DNA of 64,000 nucleotides from Myxococcota bacterium (GTDB lineage Bacteria; Myxococcota_A; SURF-8), in NCBI GenBank assembly GCA_963674735.2, contig CAXXQS010000002.1:1888001-1952000 (forward strand). Direction: 5' to 3'. Below, piece by piece: positions 58,301 through 64,000 of this stretch (position 1 is its first letter; each line of letters opens with the position of its first letter). A program made the position numbers and the translations under genes. Below the pieces are notes generated by a model that saw only the letters and a list, made by a program, of their open reading frames with translations, was not told the origin of the DNA and made no database searches.

Positions 58301-58771
58301 GTCGCCATGGCGGAGGCCTATGGCAAGATCGTCGAGCTTCAGTCGCCGAAATGGTCCGTGGCCGCGCTTTTCCGCATCGGTCAGGTGTACAAGTACTATT
58401 CGCTGGCCATGTTCAACTCGGAGATTCCGTATTGGTTGACCCCCGATCAGGAAGTGATCTATGTCGAACGCATCCAGATGCGCGCGGAACCCATCGAGCG
58501 GAAAGCGTTGGAAGGCTTCGAGAAATGCCTGCTGACGGCTTACCGGACGGGTGTTTATAACGATTATACGATCAAGGCGCGTGAGGAATTGCAGGGGTAT
58601 GTCCCCAGCGTGTATATTCCGATCAACGAAATCAAAATGGAGCCGGGCTTTGAGAGCGAAGCTTTGTACGTGGCCAAGTTCGAGACGCCGGATGTTCCGG
58701 ATATTCCCGAACGTCGCCCGACAATTCCGGTGGCTCCCGTCAACCAGACGTCGCAGGCGGCTGGCGAATAA
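55337..58771 (+). CDS. gltD: Large TPR protein GltD/AgmU-like
   Basis: ~1140 aa, many TPRs (DEVYFFMGY, YKIAWCYFN), C-terminal WSVAALFRIG..Y...P..LT; gene position. Confidence 0.75.
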   Translation: MVRRVEKSFVVIFIALLMAFTFTAGEVLISPDFHSADAARKRRGRTQKEKKDATQDEQKGDELQQILEGQQDDGKIDVNTLRVEDDFALTSTVGIKIDESIEKLMRILENFQEPGTLRRLAEFYWKKSHQLNLDLMKAHQGRMDGWFEAGQKGDPPKEPDSEIWFKYNRKAVEICQLIIDRYPDFQGMDEVYFFMGYNLNEVGRDADAVIYYKKLVRQFPNSGYVPDSWMAIGDYYFSHNNVYDALPAYEEVLRHEASKVFGFAKYKIAWCYFNLGKYDDAIETFKEVVAWSQDQSKRGKSQITLMEESLKDLVMGFAEKGSVDEAEKYFLSVGGKKYFRMMLVRLADIYTNQGKFVDSIAIYRRLIKDYPLHKDDPDFQMKIVEAYSNLNDKENTTKEIVNMVYYAKPAEESEWVKENQKTEEERVQEAWENAERMLIKTVVEYHKEAIKIKNEKTWDMAQQLYELYLQYFKQSKTYYDVSFNYAELLYSRNNFVKAGEWYTIVAEMDSKGKHFEDASYNAILSYEKLVHKEIQAWIGDTKKRSKRKDKNYKLQSKKEMDAKEAEQAEAYAEREFSDNTKGFVKACNIYIDNIPQSSKKVDIIYKVAIIHYAHNHFDNAVKRFELIVTDYPRHRLAVYSANLILDSLNISKNWRKLNETVRAYLKNKRLVPAKGRAAFRRDLVDLNEKSSFKKVEVTEQEKRWVAAAEEYLTFCKEFPKSKMRDTAMYNAAVHYVTAGEIEQSIAVQRRFLKEYPKSAYAGDVLFKLGKNLEALAYFDEAANRYEEYDKKYPKGEHRSTALFNAAIFHESLGHTEKGVALKKKYMGISKDEGEKDQLLFGVGYTYLDVKDDAKAEKAFKDYLKKREKDVTWPRYDKKSGERLAKGKIKGDANRIYAAHIELMRIAERQSNQKVIESERALILKLADCDTDVSLGEPAREAIAEASFHRLESQYTSYVAYKLEVGRRVKQETWNKKMMERLKDKSNKAVAMAEAYGKIVELQSPKWSVAALFRIGQVYKYYSLAMFNSEIPYWLTPDQEVIYVERIQMRAEPIERKALEGFEKCLLTAYRTGVYNDYTIKAREELQGYVPSVYIPINEIKMEPGFESEALYVAKFETPDVPDIPERRPTIPVAPVNQTSQAAGE

Positions 58772-58833
58772 TAGCGGTTGTCCATGAACTAGAATGACAA
58801 GCCGAGCTTGTTTTGAAGAATGAGGGAGAGGTT

Positions 58834-60363
58834 ATGAGGCGTCTGAGCTTTGTTGTGTTGAGTGTGGTGCTGATTGCGGCGCTAGCGATGCTCGCCGGAT
58901 GCGAACCCAAGACGCAGGGGCCGCCCCCCGAATGCCAGGTCGATGCGGATTGCGGTATGCATCAGTATTGCAGCGCCGGTAAGTGCCTGAAAATGGCCAC
59001 GACTCCGAAGATGCGCGCTGAAGGGCATCTGCAAAAAGCGAATGAACTGCTGAAGAATCCGGCGGTCGATTACGATGCCGTCGTGGCTGAGTACAAAGCG
59101 GCTTTGCGTGAAGTTCCCGACGTCCCGGGCATCGTGTTCAACCTGGGCATCGTCTATATGAAGAAAGGCGATTACGCCAGCGCGGAGTCGATCTTCAAAC
59201 AGGCTCGTGCCGACCGGCCGGACGACACCAATCCGGTCCTGGCTCTCGGTCGTTTGTACATCTTGAAAAAACAACCCGATCTGGCTATGGACGTCTATCA
59301 GAATTACCTGAAAGATCATTCCAACGATTTGGAAATCCGTACCAATATCGCAGCTTTGTATCGTGATCAGAAAAAATACGACGAAGCCATGGCGCAGATT
59401 CGTGCGATTTTCGTCAAAGATCCCGCCCATGCTGGAGCGTTCAGCAACCTGGGCCTTTTGTACATGGCGCAGGGTAAACTGCTGCTGGCCCGAATGGTCA
59501 CCATCAACGGTATTCAGGCTCAGAAAAACGTCAAAAAGACCGAAGACGCCGGTTTGTACAACAATCTCGGTTTGATCTATCTCAAAATGGGGGATAACGA
59601 CCGGGCGGTCGCCAATTTCCGCAAAGCCCACAAAGTCAATCCGCGTCTGATCTCTGCCGATCTCAACCTCGGCCATATTGCTCTGAAATATTCGGATTTC
59701 AAAGTGGCCAAGGTGCATTACGACTATGTTTTGTCTGAGGATCCGAACCATTATGAAGCTCGCCACGGTCTGGCGCAATGTCTGACCGGTCTGGGCAAGG
59801 GCGAGCAGGCGCTCCCGATTTATAAGAGCCTTCTACGTGAAAAACCCGACGATGCGGCGGTGCTTTTCAACCTGGGCGTCTTGTATTTCGATCATCTGAA
59901 GATGCAGGATGAAGCGCACGCGGCCTTCCGCCGGTTCCAGAAAATGAATTATCCCGATAAGGGAAAAAATCAGTGGGCGACCAACTATCTGATGATGGAA
60001 GTCGAACAACCGATGCCGGAACCGGAACCCGAGCCCGCTCCGGAAGAGACTCCGAGTGATGCTCAGGCGATGGGTGCGGCGATTGCTCCGGTGCAATCGA
60101 CTGAAGCCGCCCCGGCTGAAGAAGCCGCCCCGGCTGAAGAAGCCGCCCCGGCTGAAGAAGCCGCCCCGGCTGAAGAAGCCGCCCCGGCTGAAGAAGCCGC
60201 CCCGGCTGAAGAAGCCGCCCCGGCCGAAGAAGCCGCCCCGGCCGAAGAAGCCGCCCCGGCTGAAGAAGCCGCCCCGGCCGAAGAAGCCGCCCCGGCTGAA
60301 GAAGCCGCCCCGGCCGAAGAAGCCGCTCCGGCTGAAGAAGCCGCCCCGGCTGAGAGTGAGTAA
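58834..60363 (+). CDS. gltE: TPR lipoprotein GltE/AglT-like with (EAAPAE)14 tail
   Basis: Lipobox LAGC; YNNLG/FNLG TPRs; lies between the gltD- and gltF-like genes. Confidence 0.72.
   Translation: MRRLSFVVLSVVLIAALAMLAGCEPKTQGPPPECQVDADCGMHQYCSAGKCLKMATTPKMRAEGHLQKANELLKNPAVDYDAVVAEYKAALREVPDVPGIVFNLGIVYMKKGDYASAESIFKQARADRPDDTNPVLALGRLYILKKQPDLAMDVYQNYLKDHSNDLEIRTNIAALYRDQKKYDEAMAQIRAIFVKDPAHAGAFSNLGLLYMAQGKLLLARMVTINGIQAQKNVKKTEDAGLYNNLGLIYLKMGDNDRAVANFRKAHKVNPRLISADLNLGHIALKYSDFKVAKVHYDYVLSEDPNHYEARHGLAQCLTGLGKGEQALPIYKSLLREKPDDAAVLFNLGVLYFDHLKMQDEAHAAFRRFQKMNYPDKGKNQWATNYLMMEVEQPMPEPEPEPAPEETPSDAQAMGAAIAPVQSTEAAPAEEAAPAEEAAPAEEAAPAEEAAPAEEAAPAEEAAPAEEAAPAEEAAPAEEAAPAEEAAPAEEAAPAEEAAPAEEAAPAESE
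60103..60354 (+). repeat. 18-bp coding tandem repeat x14
   Basis: GAAGCCGCCCCGGCYGAA units encoding EAAPAE. Confidence 0.95.
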
Positions 60364-60455
60364 GTTTCGCGCCTCATGCTATTGAGGACTTGGTTCTTTG
60401 GTGAGAAGCACAGAAACTCTTGGGCACCCATGTTGGTGTTTTGTTTCTGCAAATC

Positions 60456-60485
60456 TTGACAATAAGTGAAAATCGGGTGTACAGT
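60456..60485 (+). promoter_or_regulatory. Putative internal sigma70 promoter TTGACA-N18-TACAGT before gltF
   Basis: Perfect -35 in the ~165-bp gap; GGAGG RBS downstream. Confidence 0.5.
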
Positions 60486-60529
60486 CTCGACGGTATACCG
60501 ACAAGCTCCAATCTCCGGAGGAAGACGTG

Positions 60530-60787
60530 ATGTTTAAGAAAGTAGGATGCGGCCTGTTGCTTCTGGTCTGCCTGCAACTGCTTGGAGCGACTCTGCTTTT
60601 CGCAGAGGATGTGCGCTACAGAAAGAAAACGGTTATTGATTTCGAAGATGTTTTGCTGGAAGGTGAGTTGAAGAAGCCTGCCGGTGCATACATTACTGAG
60701 CGGCGCGAACTGCAGTTCAACAACCTGATCAAGGTGCGCACCAACTTCGAAAAAGAAATGTTTAAATCGGTTGACGTTTTGAAATAA
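60530..60787 (+). CDS. gltF: Gliding motility protein GltF/CglF-like
   Basis: Signal peptide, then YRKKTVIDFEDVLLEGELKKPAG.Y..FNNLIKVRTNF..EM..SV. Confidence 0.82.
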   Translation: MFKKVGCGLLLLVCLQLLGATLLFAEDVRYRKKTVIDFEDVLLEGELKKPAGAYITERRELQFNNLIKVRTNFEKEMFKSVDVLK

Positions 60788-60821
60788 TCTGGACGGGTCG
60801 CGAAAAAGCGAGGGTTAGTCA

Positions 60822-62882
60822 ATGACGGAGAAGAAGTTTAGCCTTGTTCTCGGCATCCAAGAGGCCGGCAAGGATACGCGTCAGGAGACGTTTTCGCAGG
60901 AAAGCGTAACGATCGGAGCTGGCGATACCGCCGACTTGAAGATCGAAGGTGCCAAAGTCTCTGACGTGCACGCCATGTTCGACGCTTCACGCGGGACGGA
61001 ATTGTTCATCATGGACCTCGGCTCCTCGTCGGGGACTTTCGTGAACGACAAAAAAGTGAACAAGCAGAAGTTGAAGGCTGGGGATTCCATCACCATCGGG
61101 GATGTCGGCATTCAGGTCGAAGCCTTTGGTGACGTGCAGCCTGAAGTTGAGGCTGTTGCTGCCGTCGAGCCGGAAGCTGAAGCAGTTGAAGCGACCCCGG
61201 TTGAAGAGCCCGCTCCTGTCGAAGAAGCGCTGGTGGAAGAAACCGTCGAGGAAGAGGTGCAAGCGGCTCCGGTCGAGGACGCGCCCGCTGAAGCGGAAGA
61301 AGCCGAGGAAGTCGAAGCGGCTCCTGCTGAGGATGCCAAAGCGGCGGAAGAAGCGCTGAAAGCCGAAGAAGAAGCCAAAGCGGCGGAAGCGGCGGCCGAA
61401 GAGGCCAAGGCGGCTGAAATTGCAGCGGAAGAAGCCAAGGCGCTCGAAGCCAAGCAGGCCGCTTTCGAGGCGAAAAAGGCTCGCGCGAAGAAGAAGAATA
61501 TCACCTACGATCTCGACGTTATCCCCAAAGAACACAAAGCGCCGAGTTCCCGTGAGAAAATCCTCGAAACCCGCGAGGTGTTGTGGGGAGATACTCTGCT
61601 CAACATTCTGCACACGCCGCGTCCCATCAACATCAATATGGGTGAGAAGAAGTCCTGCACGTTCTTCGTTTCCAATGAATGGTTCGATGGCGAAACGTTT
61701 ACCGTCGCCCAACCGTCGGGGAGTGGTGGTTTCGCTCTCAATTTCAACGACAAAATGGAGGGTCTGGTCGAGGAGAACGGATCTTCCTGGTCGTTCAAGG
61801 AAATGGCCAAGAAGAACAAGGCTGCCGACAAGGGTGGCTATCGCCAGTTCGACCTGACTCCGGGTATGGCTGTTACGTATAACCTGGGCGAGCTGAAGTA
61901 TTACTTCCGCTTTGTCGAACCCGAGAAGCTGGCTCCGGTTCCCTTTACCAAGCGCATCGATTATCCGATCACGTCTTTGTTCGTGATCCTGTTCCTGATC
62001 TATACGCTGACGACGGTTTATCTGAAATCCTTGCCCGCGCCTGAAGTGGCCGACATCCTGGATGCGCCCGATCGTTTTGCCAAGCTGATTCTGGAGCCGG
62101 TGGAGATGGAAGAACCGCCTCCCCCCGAAGAAGAAAAGCTGGCCATCGAAAGCGCTGAAAAATCCATCGGCGAAGAAGGCAAAATCGGTGAGGAAGAAAG
62201 TGTCATCGACAAATCCGAGGGTGACGCCAGAAAGCGTCTCGAAGATGAGAAGGTGGCGAATTCGTCCGGTATTCTCGGCGCTCTCGATCAGGGTATGGAG
62301 AGCATGGATCGCCTGTTCGGCGGCGGCGGCCTGGGCGCCGGTCTGGACAAAACGCTGGGTATGCTCGAAGGCATCAGCGGCCTCGATATGCGCGGCGCAG
62401 GCGGCTTGGGTTCTCGCGGCTCGGGCCTTGGCGGCGGTGGAACGGCGATCGGCATCGGCGGTCTCGGGACCAAAGGTCGCGGTGGACGCGGTGGCCGGTC
62501 CCAGTATGGTATCGGTGCGGCCGGTAACCTGAACAAGAAAAAATCGAACATCAACATCAAAACCGGTAACCCGACCATCACCGGTGCGTTGGACAAATCC
62601 ATCATCGCCCGTATCATCAAGAAGCATTACTCGCAGATTCGTTACTGCTACCAGAAAGAACTGAACAAGAACCCGAAACTCTACGGTAAAATTACCATTA
62701 AATTCACCATCAGCGGACGTGGAACCGTTTCATCATCCGCCGTTGCCGTGACGACGATGAAGAACATGCAGGTAGAGAGCTGCGTGGCCAAGACGATCAA
62801 ACGTATCATCTTCCCGCAACCGAAGGGCGGCGGCATCGTTGTCGTTACCTATCCGTTTATCTTCAAGGCAGAGGGGAGCTGA
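60822..62882 (+). CDS. gltG: GltG/PglI-like protein: FHA, TM and TonB-C-like (AgmX/PglI C-terminal) domain
   Basis: FHA (VSDVHA..DLGSSSGTFVN), one TM, RFAKLIL, Gly-rich linker, IRYCYQKEL..P.L.GK..FP.PKGGG.V.V.YPF.F. Confidence 0.82.
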   Translation: MTEKKFSLVLGIQEAGKDTRQETFSQESVTIGAGDTADLKIEGAKVSDVHAMFDASRGTELFIMDLGSSSGTFVNDKKVNKQKLKAGDSITIGDVGIQVEAFGDVQPEVEAVAAVEPEAEAVEATPVEEPAPVEEALVEETVEEEVQAAPVEDAPAEAEEAEEVEAAPAEDAKAAEEALKAEEEAKAAEAAAEEAKAAEIAAEEAKALEAKQAAFEAKKARAKKKNITYDLDVIPKEHKAPSSREKILETREVLWGDTLLNILHTPRPININMGEKKSCTFFVSNEWFDGETFTVAQPSGSGGFALNFNDKMEGLVEENGSSWSFKEMAKKNKAADKGGYRQFDLTPGMAVTYNLGELKYYFRFVEPEKLAPVPFTKRIDYPITSLFVILFLIYTLTTVYLKSLPAPEVADILDAPDRFAKLILEPVEMEEPPPPEEEKLAIESAEKSIGEEGKIGEEESVIDKSEGDARKRLEDEKVANSSGILGALDQGMESMDRLFGGGGLGAGLDKTLGMLEGISGLDMRGAGGLGSRGSGLGGGGTAIGIGGLGTKGRGGRGGRSQYGIGAAGNLNKKKSNINIKTGNPTITGALDKSIIARIIKKHYSQIRYCYQKELNKNPKLYGKITIKFTISGRGTVSSSAVAVTTMKNMQVESCVAKTIKRIIFPQPKGGGIVVVTYPFIFKAEGS

Positions 62883-62886
62883 TAAA

Positions 62887-63639
62887 ATGGGTACGAAACG
62901 CTTGATTATGCTATGTGTCGCGCTTGCGCTTGTGGCGTTGCCACTCAGCCTTTTCGCTCAGGAATATGACGACGAAGAGCTCGGCATCGGCGAGAGCGGT
63001 GTTACCGAGGATGAGTTAGCCGAGGCGGAAGCGGCGGAAGAAGTCGACGCGCCGACCAAAGACGCTCGCGGTGTTGAAACGTACTGGGGAACCGAGGATC
63101 TCAACGAAGTTGAGAAGGGGTTCTTCATGAACACCCGCATCGGTTTTTTGATGTACCTTTCCGGTCTATCCGACAATGCCGACGCCGGTATGATGTTCGG
63201 TGGCGGTTTGGGATATGATGTGGTGGATAAGCTGCTCTCCATCGAATTGGATGCATTGGCTTCCTTCCATGCTGCGGATGTGGTGGATGGTGCGACCGGG
63301 TTCCCGGATCCGGAAGCCCAGGTTAGCGGTGACTTCGCGGCTTTGCGTGTGCCGTTGGTTTTGAATTTCAAATATTTCACGACCAAACGGCTGGAACTGT
63401 ACGCCTCGGTTTTGGGTGGTCTGTTCTACAATGACAAGTCGATCGATGGTTACGATGCCGTGACCGGCGAAGAAAAAAGCGGAACCACCATGGATTACTA
63501 TGCCGGTGGGCGTGTGGGGCTGGAGTACTACACAGGTTTGCGGCACTTCTCCATCGGTTTCGATGTCGAAGTGGACTACATCATTCAGGCGGGTTCGTTG
63601 GCTTTGACGGCGTCTCCCATGCTGAAGTACACCTTCTAA
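62887..63639 (+). CDS. gltH: Outer-membrane beta-barrel GltH/CglE-like
   Basis: Signal peptide; NEVEKGFF; GLEYYTGLRHFSIG; C-terminal LKYTF. Confidence 0.75.
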   Translation: MGTKRLIMLCVALALVALPLSLFAQEYDDEELGIGESGVTEDELAEAEAAEEVDAPTKDARGVETYWGTEDLNEVEKGFFMNTRIGFLMYLSGLSDNADAGMMFGGGLGYDVVDKLLSIELDALASFHAADVVDGATGFPDPEAQVSGDFAALRVPLVLNFKYFTTKRLELYASVLGGLFYNDKSIDGYDAVTGEEKSGTTMDYYAGGRVGLEYYTGLRHFSIGFDVEVDYIIQAGSLALTASPMLKYTF

Positions 63640-63663
63640 GCCTGAAGCGAGTTTCGATTTTCG

Positions 63664-63690
63664 CGCGGCGTTTGACGCCGCGTTTTTTTT
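63664..63690 (+). terminator. Rho-independent terminator closing the glt operon
   Basis: CGCGGCGT-TTG-ACGCCGCG followed by T8. Confidence 0.88.
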
Positions 63691-63857
63691 GTGGAAATAC
63701 CGAAACGGTGTGGAAACCGTATTCGTTCGTTCGCGATTTGGTCGAAAGGTGAAGTGGCTTTATCGATTTCATGCACTTGAAATTCACCGAATCGGTCTTA
63801 GCTTATCCCGGTATCCTAGTGAAACGCGGCGGAATCGATTCTTTGACGGGAGAGAAA

Positions 63858-64000
63858 ATGATGCCCCTGTATGAATACAAATGCGAGGCCTGCCAACATG
63901 TTTTTGAGGAACTGATCCGGCGTGCCGAGGAAGAGGAGCAACTCGCCTGTCCGAAATGTGGCGACAAGCGGGTGATGCGATTGATGTCGGCTTTTGCCAC
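63858..64000 (+). CDS. FmdB-family zinc-ribbon protein (3' end outside window)
   Basis: MMPLYEYKCEAC.HVFE..CPKCG...RLMS; not in the ORF track. Confidence 0.85.
   Translation, partial: MMPLYEYKCEACQHVFEELIRRAEEEEQLACPKCGDKRVMRLMSAFA

Noticed and set aside
60103-60354. Tandem repeat as a CRISPR array
   Set aside because: No spacers; in-frame coding repeat; no cas genes.

Overview
GC-rich bacterial chromosomal window. The gene content (Glt/Nfs-type envelope operon, MYXO-CTERM-like sorting tails, sigma54 promoters) points to a Myxococcota/deltaproteobacteria-like organism; this is inferred, not looked up. Left to right: (1) a GT-C-like membrane protein, an atypical type IV pilin, WecA and GT4; (2) PHP phosphoesterase, radA, a DUF3160-like protein and an FGE-domain lipoprotein; (3) a sigma54-type-promoter beta-propeller lipoprotein, a leucine-dehydrogenase homologue lacking both active-site lysines, an unannotated 39-aa basic peptide, a SemiSWEET and two paralogous Cys-rich surface proteins; (4) a low-GC Zn-ribbon/PD-(D/E)XK nuclease gene between two hairpins, then transglutaminase, HIT and epimerase genes and an unexplained ~790-bp non-coding gap; (5) clpA-yacG-fetAB and an S8 protease-TlpA pair; (6) a ~17-kb surface-polysaccharide cluster (heptose genes, two AsnB amidotransferases, heparinase II/III-like, WbpB/WbpE/WbpP-like); (7) DUF885, a divergent YchF, FabK/NMO; (8) an ~11-kb gltA/B-C-D-E-F-G-H operon in nfs-like order, then a partial FmdB gene. 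No rRNA, tRNA, CRISPR array, transposase or integrase was recognised. All family calls come from motif recognition by eye.
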